Shown here piece after piece: positions 19,235-28,612 of a DNA stretch of 39,243 nucleotides. This DNA is from Candidatus Bathyarchaeia archaeon (lineage in GTDB: Archaea > Thermoproteota > Bathyarchaeia > Bathyarchaeales > Bathycorpusculaceae). Location: assembly GCA_049970895.1 (NCBI GenBank), contig JBMFMB010000015.1, positions 1-39,243 on the forward strand. Direction: 5' to 3'. The notes under the pieces were generated by a model, which did not search any database, had not been told where the DNA came from, and saw only the letters and a program-made list of their open reading frames with translations. The position numbers were made by a program, and so were the translations under genes. Position 1 is the first letter of the stretch; each line of letters begins with the position of its first letter.

Positions 19235-19327
19235 AGCCTCGGGCGGGATTTGAACCCGCGACCACCGCCTATCCGTAGCCTTACAGCTTTACCAAGGCGG
19301 TGCCCCACCAGGCTAGGCTACCGAGGC
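19235..19327 (-). tRNA. tRNA-Thr(GGT) with 19-nt intron at position 37/38 (19271-19289)
   Basis: GCCTCGG/CCGAGGC-T acceptor; CCGCC-TTGGTA[AAGCTGTAAGGCTACGGAT]A-GGCGG; T-loop GTTCAAATC; CCA not encoded. Confidence 0.9.
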
Positions 19328-19436
19328 ATAGCACCAGCGCCACCAAACAACATAGCACATAAACGTTTTAAAGGATTTCGCGCACCGCACAACAAACAAT
19401 TTATAATCTCGAACCTCAACCATCCACTATGAAAGG

Positions 19437-19521
19437 GCGGGGGTCGCCAAGCCTGGTCAAAGGCGCAAGGCTTAGGACCTTGTCCCGTAGGGGTTCGTGG
19501 GTTCAAATCCCACCCCCCGCA
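19437..19521 (+). tRNA. tRNA-Leu(TAG)
   Basis: GCGGGGG/CCCCCGC-A acceptor; CAAGG-CTTAGGA-CCTTG; long variable arm; TTTATAA upstream. Confidence 0.95.
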
Positions 19522-19719
19522 CTTTATTGGAACCTACAGTTCCGATACCTCCCTTAAAGCATAATAAGGTTTTATAGGTTATCTGCTTGACGAAGGAATG
19601 CCGAAATCTTCAACTGTTGAGCGGAAAGTTAGAGCTTTGAAAAGTTTGTTAATGCATGTTGATTGTCCATTCCTCTATTTCGCAAACATAAATAAGTTGC
19701 AAATAAAACCTAATGGCTA

Positions 19720-20406
19720 GTGAAAACTTTGAGAGTTAAGTTAGACCTCCATGTTCACACATGCTACTCTTATGATGGGTTAATAAAGCCAAAAGAGCTT
19801 GTCGCCTACGCCAAGAGGGTTGGTTTGGATGGAATAGCCATAACAGACCACGACAGAATAGACGGAGCCCTAAAACTGGCAAAAAATTTGGCGGACTTGT
19901 TAATTATTCCCGGCATAGAAGTCTCAAGCTTGGAAGGTCACGTAGTTGGGTTAAACATTCAAGAGGTTGTTCCTAAAAACCTAACGGCGGAGGAGACGAT
20001 AGACAGAATCCACAACCTTGGCGGTTTAGCCATAGCATGCCACCCAAGAGCCCTTTTCAAAGCAAGTTTGGGATGGAAAGTCAGCAAGAATTTTGATGCT
20101 ATAGAAGTTGTGAACGCTTCGGCATTCCCCTTCAAACGCTCCACTAGGCAAGCACTGGAAATAGCCAATAGGCTTGGAATCCCGCGGGTTGGTGGCAGCG
20201 ACGCTCATTACGCTCCGGAAATAGGCTTGGCGTACACGCTTGTGGACGCTGAACTCAGCTGCGAAGAAATTGTTAAAGCCATAAGCAAGGGACTGTGCGA
20301 ACCCTTTGGAAAAGCAATACCATTGGGAACTAGGCTGAAAAGGGAATTTCTAGCCTTAAAAAATAAATATTTTAGGAAAAACAGCGAATCATGTTCCAAT
20401 TATTAG
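19720..20406 (+). CDS. PHP-domain metal-dependent phosphoesterase
   Basis: DLHVHT, AITDHD, GIEVSS..GH, HP and GGSDAH motifs. Confidence 0.9.
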   Translation: MKTLRVKLDLHVHTCYSYDGLIKPKELVAYAKRVGLDGIAITDHDRIDGALKLAKNLADLLIIPGIEVSSLEGHVVGLNIQEVVPKNLTAEETIDRIHNLGGLAIACHPRALFKASLGWKVSKNFDAIEVVNASAFPFKRSTRQALEIANRLGIPRVGGSDAHYAPEIGLAYTLVDAELSCEEIVKAISKGLCEPFGKAIPLGTRLKREFLALKNKYFRKNSESCSNY

Positions 20407-21240
20407 GGGTTCTGTCATCCTCTTTAGTGTTGCTATGGCGGATAGTGCCGCCAAAAAACTCGTTTTCGGATTTTCCTTTGAAGGCACATTTTCCACGTGA
20501 ACCCGTAGCTCGCCAAACTCTCCCCTAACCTCAATTTCGTGGATGTTACGGCTTAGGGTTGGGTCAGCCACCACCCGCACAACAGTCTTTTCCACGCCTA
20601 TGCCAGCCAAGCCAAGGGTTGCCGCCACATTAACATTGGCTGGAAAAAGCTTGCAAGCCTCTAAGGCTGAACCTTCATATATGAGGGTTGGCTTCTCAAT
20701 CCTCCCACCAGTCTTCTCCATGAAATATGGGTTATCCATCAACCCCTCAACAGGTTTCCTCGTTGTCAAAATCACACTTTCAATCTTGCTCATTGCGGAG
20801 GCTTTAACCGCGTCCAGCCCAGCTATGGCTCCGGATGGGATGTAAACCTTCCTCCCTTTTTCCCTTGCAACTTGGCTGATTTCGCTTAATAGCCTAGAAT
20901 CGACTAGGGCGCCAACGCTCATAATTATGAGGTCTTTTCCAGCCCTTAAAACTTCGACGGCATAAGCCCTAACAGCCTCTTGAGAAGCAGCCTCAACAAC
21001 AAACCTAACATCCTCTTGTTTTAAAAGTTCCTTAAAGCTTTTGGCAACTTTTGGCTTGCTTTTCAGCTTCCTCGCCAAACTTTCGGCTTTTTCAATGTTT
21101 CTGTCAAAAACCACAAGTAGGCGTGCGTCTCCAGCTTGTCCCTCATCTATGGCTTGCGCCAAAACAGTTCCAATAGCACCACACCCAATAAGTCCTACAC
21201 CTAACGGCATTTTACGTTTTACCTTCTTATGCTTGTTCAT
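20389..21240 (-). CDS. nadX: L-aspartate dehydrogenase
   Basis: IGCGAIG, VEAASQ, SGAIAGLD, FPANVNVAA, RNIHEI, NPKTS motifs; start could be 21210. Confidence 0.92.
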   Translation of the reverse strand: MNKHKKVKRKMPLGVGLIGCGAIGTVLAQAIDEGQAGDARLLVVFDRNIEKAESLARKLKSKPKVAKSFKELLKQEDVRFVVEAASQEAVRAYAVEVLRAGKDLIIMSVGALVDSRLLSEISQVAREKGRKVYIPSGAIAGLDAVKASAMSKIESVILTTRKPVEGLMDNPYFMEKTGGRIEKPTLIYEGSALEACKLFPANVNVAATLGLAGIGVEKTVVRVVADPTLSRNIHEIEVRGEFGELRVHVENVPSKENPKTSFLAALSAIATLKRMTEPLIIGT

Positions 21241-21348
21241 ATGAATGCTGGAGGTTTTCCTACATAAACCATTTGCCAAGAAAAATCCTAACTGCTTAAG
21301 AGCTTGCCTAAAAAGGCTACTGAAATATAAAGCAGAGAAATTGTAGAT

Positions 21349-22473
21349 TTATAGATGATCTTGTTCCATCTGGTATAAGTCCAGTTCTATACCTAATGGC
21401 TTTTCTGGTTCAGCGTAAGGCTCTAGGTTGAAGAGTTGTGGTGCTATTACTCCAAGTCCACTTGGTATGTATGGCGAGTTTACACCGGTTAGCACTAGGG
21501 TTACTTTGAGTTTTCCATCCATTTCTGGGTTAACCCTTGCACCCCAAATCACCAGTGCATTGTCGTCCATCATTTCTGTGACTATTTCTCCGACGCGGTT
21601 TGCCTCCTCAATGGTCATTTGGGCGTCTCCTGAAACATGGATTAGGGCGCCCTTTGCACCAGCATAATCCACGTCCAAAAGCGGATTCCTCAAAGCATTT
21701 CGAACAGCCTCCTCGGCTCTGTTTGGCGCATCTGACTCACCAACGCCTATTACCGCTAAGCCGCCTCGCTTAACAATGGTTTTGAAGTCTGCAAAGTCCA
21801 AGTTTATTAGGCTTGGAGCCGATATGGTTTCCACTATTCCCTTAATCATGTTCGCCAAAACCTGATCCGCAATCTTAAAAGCCTCATTTATAGGCATGTT
21901 CGGAGCCAAATGAATGAGCTTATTATTGTCAATCACGACGACAGTGTCGCAGTGCCTTCGCATTTCTGTTAGGGCTTGGGCTGCATATTCTATACGTCCT
22001 TTCTCAATTCGGAAAGGCGTTGTTACGACGCCAACGGTTAGGGCGCCCTTTTTCTTGGCTATTTCGGCTATGACTGGCGCCGCGCCTGTTCCTGTTCCGC
22101 CGCCTAAACCAGCCGCTATGAAGACTATGTCCGCTCCATTCAGCAGTTCTTCAATCTTTTTCCTCGACTCTTCGATGGCTGCTCTTCCAAGCTGTGGGTC
22201 TCCTCCAACGCCTAAACCCTTCGTAAGCTTTTCGCCAATCAGAATTTTTCTATGGGCTTTTGAAATGTTTAGGTGGAGGGCGTCAGTGTTTATAGCTATG
22301 CATTCAGCTCCAACAATGCCCATCTCCATGAGCCTTGTAACAGTGTTGTTTCCAGCCCCGCCCACGCCGAGAACCAGCATGCGGCAGAAGCTTGGCGGGC
22401 GGATCTCCTCTGGAAAAGTGTTCTGCCAGGAATATTTGAAGGTCTGTTGCTGACCAGCCGAATACATCTGCAT
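21349..22473 (-). CDS. ftsZ: Cell division protein FtsZ (FtsZ2-like by context)
   Basis: GVGGAGNN, INTD, GLGGGTGTG, IDNNKL, INLDFAD motifs. Confidence 0.96.
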   Translation of the reverse strand: MQMYSAGQQQTFKYSWQNTFPEEIRPPSFCRMLVLGVGGAGNNTVTRLMEMGIVGAECIAINTDALHLNISKAHRKILIGEKLTKGLGVGGDPQLGRAAIEESRKKIEELLNGADIVFIAAGLGGGTGTGAAPVIAEIAKKKGALTVGVVTTPFRIEKGRIEYAAQALTEMRRHCDTVVVIDNNKLIHLAPNMPINEAFKIADQVLANMIKGIVETISAPSLINLDFADFKTIVKRGGLAVIGVGESDAPNRAEEAVRNALRNPLLDVDYAGAKGALIHVSGDAQMTIEEANRVGEIVTEMMDDNALVIWGARVNPEMDGKLKVTLVLTGVNSPYIPSGLGVIAPQLFNLEPYAEPEKPLGIELDLYQMEQDHL

Positions 22474-22629
22474 CTAACCAACCCTCTTCTTACGCCAAAC
22501 CTCATTATTTATTAAATCACGGATAGCTACACGAATCGCCTCAGCCCTGTTAGGATAAAACCTCTCATTAACAAGCTGGTCCAAAGCCTCAATATATGGC
22601 TCGGGAAGATAGAGTGTGATTAACTTCAT
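22474..22629 (-). CDS. cdrS: Ribbon-helix-helix regulator, CdrS-like
   Basis: MKLITLYLP..LDQLV...YPNRAEAIRVAIRDL RHH pattern; stop abuts the ftsZ start; GGAGGGG upstream. Confidence 0.75.
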   Translation of the reverse strand: MKLITLYLPEPYIEALDQLVNERFYPNRAEAIRVAIRDLINNEVWRKKRVG

Positions 22630-22823
22630 TTTAATCCCCTCCGGTAAGCGAGAGAGAAACATTTCGAAGCTATACTTTTACATATTATGATTTAAACATG
22701 TTTTAAATATGCTCGTTCTTTTTCTTATAAGATTTATGCCTATTGCATTCCAGAAACTTGTAAATTCAGGTTTAGGCTGACCTCTAGGTTTTTATTCCTT
22801 GTTAAAGCATTTTACGTATTGCC

Positions 22824-24119
22824 ATGGAAGCCGCACGCATATTCCTTAGAAGCTTCGGGTGTTCAACAAATTTAGCTGATGGTGAAGTCATGGCTGGTTG
22901 CCTAGCGGAGGCTGGGTTCAAACTCGTTGACAGTGTGGCTGAAGCCGACATAGTCATTTACAACACTTGTGCTGTTAAGGGACCAACGGAAAACCGCATG
23001 ATCGACATATTGAAAAAGGTTCCTAAGGGGAAGAGGCTCCTCGTTGTTGGGTGCCTCCCACTAATCAACCTTGATAGGCTATGCCGAGAAGTACGTTTTG
23101 ACGGTGTCGCAGGTCCAGCACTGGGCGGAAAAATAATTGATATAGTTAACGGCGTTTTGGGGGGCAAGAAGGTTGTGGCTTTGGAAGGTGCGAATAAGGC
23201 TAAACCAGACTTAAGCCTTCCAAGGGTTCGCCTAAACCCTTTTGTGGGCATAATCCCAATAAGCTATGGATGTTTGGGCTCATGTGCCTATTGCTGTGTT
23301 GTTTATGCCAGAGGACGCCTAAGAAGCTATAGCATAAACGAGATTGTAGAGCGTGTCAAAGCCGATTTAGTTGATGGGGTGCGGGAGTTTTGGCTTACAT
23401 CGCAGGACACCGCTTGTTATGGAAGGGATATTGGCACAAACTTGGCTGAGCTTATTGAGGCAGTATGCGCCATGGAAAGTGATTTCAAAGTGCGGGTTGG
23501 CATGATGACTCCTAACATGGCTCTTGGCATTTTAGAAGACCTAATTGAAGCCTATAAGGACGAGAAGGTTTTCAAGTTTCTCCACCTGCCTGTCCAAAGC
23601 GGAGACGACAATGTCCTTAAAAGGATGCGCCGCTTCTACACGGTTTCCGAATTCAGAAAGATTGTGGAAGCCTTTAGGGCTACATTTCCAAAAATTACAA
23701 TAGCAACAGACGTTATTTGTGGTTTTCCGGGAGAGGATGAAAAAGCCTTTGAAGAAACCCTAAAGCTGATAGAGAATGTTAAGCCCGACATAGTTAACAT
23801 ATCAAAGTTTTTTGCGAGACCGCGAACACCAGCCGCAGCCATGAAAGACACTGTTCCATTTTCAGAGATCAAACGGCGAAGTGCTATGCTGAGTGGTTTG
23901 GCTTCAAAAATTGCCTTAGAAAGGAATCGCGAGTGGATCGGTTGGGAGGGCGGAATCCTCGTAGATGAGGCTGGGAAGGTTGCTGGTTCATGGGTGGGTA
24001 GAAACTTTGCTTACAAGCCAGTAGTTTTGAAAAGCAAGAAGAACTTACTGGGCAAAGTTGTGCGTGTTAAAATTTATGACGTTTTTCCAACGCATCTTGT
24101 AGGCGCATTATTAGATTGA
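22824..24119 (+). CDS. tRNA t6A37 methylthiotransferase (archaeal MiaB-like/e-MtaB)
   Basis: UPF0004 domain (FGCSTN, NTCAV, GC), CLGSCAYC radical SAM motif, HLPVQSG, C-terminal TRAM. Confidence 0.9.
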   Translation: MEAARIFLRSFGCSTNLADGEVMAGCLAEAGFKLVDSVAEADIVIYNTCAVKGPTENRMIDILKKVPKGKRLLVVGCLPLINLDRLCREVRFDGVAGPALGGKIIDIVNGVLGGKKVVALEGANKAKPDLSLPRVRLNPFVGIIPISYGCLGSCAYCCVVYARGRLRSYSINEIVERVKADLVDGVREFWLTSQDTACYGRDIGTNLAELIEAVCAMESDFKVRVGMMTPNMALGILEDLIEAYKDEKVFKFLHLPVQSGDDNVLKRMRRFYTVSEFRKIVEAFRATFPKITIATDVICGFPGEDEKAFEETLKLIENVKPDIVNISKFFARPRTPAAAMKDTVPFSEIKRRSAMLSGLASKIALERNREWIGWEGGILVDEAGKVAGSWVGRNFAYKPVVLKSKKNLLGKVVRVKIYDVFPTHLVGALLD

Positions 24120-24238
24120 AAAATATTTTGTAATTTTTACATCAAAAAAGCATTAGAATGATTAATTTTTGCCTTCCTTACCGTCGAGTTAGCTGAAAAT
24201 TTATATACGTCCTTCCTTAATGCGTTAAGGAATTCGAA

Positions 24239-26146
24239 ATGCAGCAAATCATTGACGAAATAAGCAAGTGCCTCAAAGCCATACGCCCAAGGATTAGCGA
24301 AAAGGATTACGTGAAACTCTCCGCAATAAAAGTTCCAAGGGTTCACCAATTTATCGCTGAGTCTGCGGAGCTCTGCAACCCCGAAAGGATTTTTATCTCT
24401 GATGATTCGCCTGAAGATATAGCCTACATTAGGCGGATGGCAATAGAAACTGGTGAAGAGAAACCCCTTGCCATGCCTGGACACACAGTTCACTTTGATG
24501 GACCTTATGATCAAGGAAGGGATCGTGAAGCCACGAAATATCTTGTGCCTAAGGGAGATTACTTGAGCAAGGCGTTAAACCAAATTGACAGAGATGAGGG
24601 GTTAGCCGAAGTAAAGGGGTTGCTTAAGGACTCGATGAAGGGACGCACCATGATTGTTCGCTTCGTTTGCCTTGGACCACCAAACTCCGTTTTCACAATT
24701 CTCGGTGTGCAGTGTACAGACTCGTGGTATGTTGCCCACTCAGAGTATCTCCTCTTCAGGCCGGGTTATAAGACTTTCACTAAGGCTGATCCGGACACCC
24801 ACTTTCTGAGGGTGCTTCATTCAAGCGGAAGGCTTAACGAAAACATGGTTAGCGTAGACCACGACAAGAAGAGGGTTTACATAGACTATTCTGAGGACAT
24901 AATCTACAGCGTTAACACTCAGTATGCTGGCAACTCTGTGGGCTTTAAAAAGCTTGCCTTTAGGCTTGCCATAAGGAAGGCAAATCAGGAGGGTTGGCTT
25001 GCAGAGCACATGATGATTATGGGGGTGCACGGACCTGGCGGTAGGAAAACCTATTTTGCTGGAGCCTTTCCAAGTGCGTGTGGCAAAACAGCAACTGCAA
25101 TGCTTCCAGGAGAAACAATACTTGGCGATGATATTGCCTACATCCGAAACGTAGGCTCTGTGGCTAGGGCGGCAAATGCGGAGTGCGGAATTTTCGGCAT
25201 TCTTCAAGGCATAAATTCACATGACGACCCAGTGCTTTACAAGGTGCTCACAAGCCCATGTGAAGTCATTTTTTCAAACGTTCTGGTGAAGGATGGGAAG
25301 CCCTACTGGCTTGGAATGGGCTGCGAACTACCAAAGGATGGAATAAATTATACTGGTTATTGGTGGGAGGGGAAGAGGGACGAAAATGGCGAGCCCATAC
25401 CTCCAGCCCACAAAAACGCCCGCTACACTGTTTCCCTAAAGGTGCTGGAGAACTGTGACCCTGAGCTTGACAATCCCATAGGTGTTGAGCTTGGCGGAAT
25501 AATGTATGGGGGCCGCGATTCCAAAGCCTACGTTCCCGTCCAGCAAAGCTTCAACTGGGAGCATGGAATAATCTGTTACGGCGCAGCCCTAGAAACAGAA
25601 ACAACCTTCGCAATAGTTGGAAAAGAAGGCATACCGGAAATAAACATGATGAGCATACAAGACTTCATCTCCATACCCATGGGGCAAAACATCCGGAACA
25701 ACCTAAACTTTGGGAAAAAACTCAAAAAACCACCCCTAATATTCGGGGTAAACTACTTCTTGAGAGACCTAAAAACAGGGGAATACCTAAACTCGCCAAG
25801 GGACAAGCATGTTTGGGTTAAGTGGATGGAGCTACGCGTGCACAACGACGTTGGCGCAAGGGTTGCACCAACAGGGCTTATTCCAAAATATGAAGACTTG
25901 CGTTTGCTCTTCAAGAAGGTGTTGAACAAGGAATACAGCCAAGCAGACTACACGAAACAGTTTACCATTCGAGTGCCTGAAAACCTTGCAAAAATTGAGC
26001 GGGTTGAGAGGTTTTACAAGGAAAAGGTTGCAGACGCTCCAGAAGAACTTTTCATAATACTTAATCAGCAGCGGGAGCGCCTTGTAGAGGCGAGGGAAAA
26101 ATCTGGAATGGATTATATTCCGCCTGAACTCTTCGAAGAAGAATAA
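24239..26146 (+). CDS. pckG: Phosphoenolpyruvate carboxykinase (GTP)
   Basis: YAGNSVG.KK, WLAEHM, AFPSACGKT, GDDIAY, HKNARY, YGGRD, VNYF motifs. Confidence 0.96.
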   Translation: MQQIIDEISKCLKAIRPRISEKDYVKLSAIKVPRVHQFIAESAELCNPERIFISDDSPEDIAYIRRMAIETGEEKPLAMPGHTVHFDGPYDQGRDREATKYLVPKGDYLSKALNQIDRDEGLAEVKGLLKDSMKGRTMIVRFVCLGPPNSVFTILGVQCTDSWYVAHSEYLLFRPGYKTFTKADPDTHFLRVLHSSGRLNENMVSVDHDKKRVYIDYSEDIIYSVNTQYAGNSVGFKKLAFRLAIRKANQEGWLAEHMMIMGVHGPGGRKTYFAGAFPSACGKTATAMLPGETILGDDIAYIRNVGSVARAANAECGIFGILQGINSHDDPVLYKVLTSPCEVIFSNVLVKDGKPYWLGMGCELPKDGINYTGYWWEGKRDENGEPIPPAHKNARYTVSLKVLENCDPELDNPIGVELGGIMYGGRDSKAYVPVQQSFNWEHGIICYGAALETETTFAIVGKEGIPEINMMSIQDFISIPMGQNIRNNLNFGKKLKKPPLIFGVNYFLRDLKTGEYLNSPRDKHVWVKWMELRVHNDVGARVAPTGLIPKYEDLRLLFKKVLNKEYSQADYTKQFTIRVPENLAKIERVERFYKEKVADAPEELFIILNQQRERLVEAREKSGMDYIPPELFEEE

Positions 26147-26225
26147 CAACCCTAAAGGAGAAAAGCCTAATAATAAATACCTATGATTAAATTATTTATC
26201 CCATTAAAGCGTATTATCTCTGGAG

Positions 26226-26495
26226 ATGAAGGTGTTGGTTGAGGAAAACCTTGTTGAGGTTGGACGTGTAACCCACTACTTCACTAAAATTGGTGTGGCT
26301 GTTGTTGAGCTTAAGGCGCCATTAGCTGTTGGAGATCGCATAGCCATTAAGGGGCCAACAACAGACTTTGAGCAGGTTGTGGAGTCCATGCAGATTGAGC
26401 ATAAAAATGTGCAGAGGGCTGAGGCTGGACAGAGCATAGGCTTGAAAGTGGTTCAAAGGGTAAGGGAAAAGGATATAGTCTATAAAAAACTGTAG
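26226..26495 (+). CDS. Stand-alone EF-Tu domain II-like beta-barrel protein
   Basis: VGRVTHYFTKIGVAVVEL..L.VGD.I, VESMQIEH..V..AEAGQSIGLKV pattern. Confidence 0.75.
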   Translation: MKVLVEENLVEVGRVTHYFTKIGVAVVELKAPLAVGDRIAIKGPTTDFEQVVESMQIEHKNVQRAEAGQSIGLKVVQRVREKDIVYKKL

Positions 26496-26540
26496 CCATC
26501 CAAAATTTCCCTCATTTTTGATGCTGGGTGTTTTCCATCT

Positions 26541-26891
26541 TTAGACTGGTTTTTCCCAGTCTGTTTGGCAGCCGTTTTCAGGGATTAAAATCACTGTTGC
26601 CCCGTCAGGCAGTTGCATTGCGGGATTTTCTCTAACATTTATGGGTTTAGAATCGACGTTAGCGTGTATCGCCACTTGTTTATAGAATCTCTTCTCATGT
26701 GGGTGATAAACCATCTGGAGCAAGCTTTCATAATCCTTAACGGGGAAAGCGCCCGCCCTACTTCTTATTTCCTCATCCACAGCTTTGATGACGTCCATTA
26801 CGGAGGCTTCGTCTTTTAGGGTTAGTTGAAACGCTTGAGGGAAAAGCTTGTTTATTTCCCGTTGGCGGATAATTACCGTGACTCTTTTCAT
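26541..26891 (-). CDS. Putative beta-grasp (MoaD/ThiS/SAMP-like) protein without C-terminal GG
   Basis: Pattern MKRVTV..LTLKDEASVMDVI..VAIHAN..LPDGATVILIPENGC follows MoaD/SAMP spacing; last gene of the PadR operon. Confidence 0.55.
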   Translation of the reverse strand: MKRVTVIIRQREINKLFPQAFQLTLKDEASVMDVIKAVDEEIRSRAGAFPVKDYESLLQMVYHPHEKRFYKQVAIHANVDSKPINVRENPAMQLPDGATVILIPENGCQTDWEKPV

Positions 26892-26911
26892 CAATGTTTC
26901 TATGTTTTTAA

Positions 26912-27664
26912 TTAACTTAACCGTTTCGCAAGGGTTTCCTCATGCAGTTTTATAGCTGCAAATGCAAATGCCACAGCGAAGGCTATAACAGCCATAAAGT
27001 CTAGCGCCAGCGGATAAAAGCCCCTGCCTAGGAACAGCTGCCTAACCATGTCTGTGAAGTATGTTAATGGCGAAATGGAGGCTATGATTGTTCCCCATGG
27101 CGGCAGCTGGTCTACTGGTATGAAGACTCCGCTTATAAACACAAGTGGGAACTTAACCAAGGATGAGAGCATCATTGATGTGGCTGGTATGTCTGTTGGC
27201 GGGTAAGCCGAAAGCAAAACACTTAGGGCTGCAAAGCAAAGGTTTGCAACGATTAAGCCGAAAAGCAGCACTACGAAGTTTAATGGCTCAATTGCCAGCA
27301 CTAGCGTCAATGCTAAGGGAATAATTGATATTATGAGCCCGAAAAGGAAGGAGGAAAGCATATCTCCAACAATAATAGTCCATAAGGCGACTGGGCAGCA
27401 CAAAAGCCGTTCAAGGGTTTTTGAGCGGGTTTCCCAAGGCACAATGGAAGGTCCAACAGAAGTTGCTGTGAAAAAGGTTGTCATGCCAATTAATCCGGGC
27501 AAGACCTCTCTTAAGGGTATGTTTCGCCCTATAATGTAGGCTAAAGCCAAAAACAGTGGAAAAACTAGACCGAAAATTAAGACGGGCCCCTTTGAATAGT
27601 AGATTTTAATGTTCTTTTCTGCTATGACAAAGGAACGCTTAAACTGTTCTGTTAAGCGGCTCAT
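26912..27664 (-). CDS. ABC-2 type exporter permease
   Basis: Six TM segments, ETRSKTLERLL..P, FISGVFIP..LP, SPLTY motifs. Confidence 0.92.
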   Translation of the reverse strand: MSRLTEQFKRSFVIAEKNIKIYYSKGPVLIFGLVFPLFLALAYIIGRNIPLREVLPGLIGMTTFFTATSVGPSIVPWETRSKTLERLLCCPVALWTIIVGDMLSSFLFGLIISIIPLALTLVLAIEPLNFVVLLFGLIVANLCFAALSVLLSAYPPTDIPATSMMLSSLVKFPLVFISGVFIPVDQLPPWGTIIASISPLTYFTDMVRQLFLGRGFYPLALDFMAVIAFAVAFAFAAIKLHEETLAKRLS

Positions 27665-28599
27665 TGTTTTGCTGCCTCCTTTCCCTTTATGAGTTTGAGG
27701 AAAACGTCTTCAAGCGAGGGCATCATGGTGTTTAGGCTTAAAATTTTTAGGTGTTTCCTTTTGGCAAATTCCACTAGAAACTCAATCACCTCTGATGGTT
27801 GAGCCGTGTAAATGCGCATTTTATTCCCTGCAGTCACGGCCCTTGTAATGTTTGGGTTTTCCAAGAGCCCTTGCTGGTTTACTGGTTTGCTGAATGCAAC
27901 TTCAATGTATTGGAGTTCCATGCTTTCCGCTCTGAGGTTTTCTGGAGTGTCTATGGCTGCTATTCTTCCATGGTTTATTATGGCTATTCTATGGCAGAGC
28001 TGGTTGGCTTCATCCATGTTATGAGTTGAAAGAAAAACGGTTTTCCCATCCCTATTATACTCGTTTATTTTCTCCCTAAGAAGCCTTGCACTTTCCACGT
28101 CCAGCCCGGAGGTTGGCTCGTCTAAGAATAGCACTTCTGGGTCGTTAACCAGAGCCATGCATAATAGAAGCCTCTGCTTCATCCCCTTTGAGAAGGCTCT
28201 GACAAGCTTGTCCCTAACCTCATATAGCCCAAATTCTTTCAGAAGCCTTGTAGCGTTTTCCCGAAGCCTCTGCGTTGGGACACCGTAAAGCCTCCCTATT
28301 AGGACTAGGTTATCCCATGCTGAAAGGTCTACGTAGGCGTTGGAAACTTCTGGGACAACACCAATACGCTGCTTCGCCTCTACAGGGTTCTTTAAGACGT
28401 CAAATCCGGCTACGAAGGCTTCTCCTTCATCCGGCCTTAAAAGCCCTGTTAAGATTCTAATGGTTGTTGTTTTCCCAGCGCCGTTTGGTCCGAGAAATCC
28501 GAAAATTTCGCCCCTTTTAACTTTGAAGCTTACGTGGTCAACAGCGGTGACATCCTCGAAATGTTTCGTTAAATCCTTAACAGCTATTGCGTTTTCCAT
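27661..28599 (-). CDS. ABC exporter ATP-binding protein (DrrA-like)
   Basis: GPNGAGKTT, FSKGMKQR, FLDEPT, STH motifs, C-terminal SLEDVF. Confidence 0.94.
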   Translation of the reverse strand: MENAIAVKDLTKHFEDVTAVDHVSFKVKRGEIFGFLGPNGAGKTTTIRILTGLLRPDEGEAFVAGFDVLKNPVEAKQRIGVVPEVSNAYVDLSAWDNLVLIGRLYGVPTQRLRENATRLLKEFGLYEVRDKLVRAFSKGMKQRLLLCMALVNDPEVLFLDEPTSGLDVESARLLREKINEYNRDGKTVFLSTHNMDEANQLCHRIAIINHGRIAAIDTPENLRAESMELQYIEVAFSKPVNQQGLLENPNITRAVTAGNKMRIYTAQPSEVIEFLVEFAKRKHLKILSLNTMMPSLEDVFLKLIKGKEAAKQ

Positions 28600-28612
28600 G
28601 TCTACGCCACCT

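Noticed and set aside
19271-19289. CTGTAAG inside the intron read as a Tyr anticodon loop
   Set aside because: Acceptor stem and T discriminator match tRNA-Thr, and removing the 19 nt restores a canonical GGT arm
8651-19327. Two tRNA-Thr genes with the same acceptor stem as attL/attR of an integrated element
   Set aside because: Both are complete, different isoacceptors and the intervening genes are housekeeping
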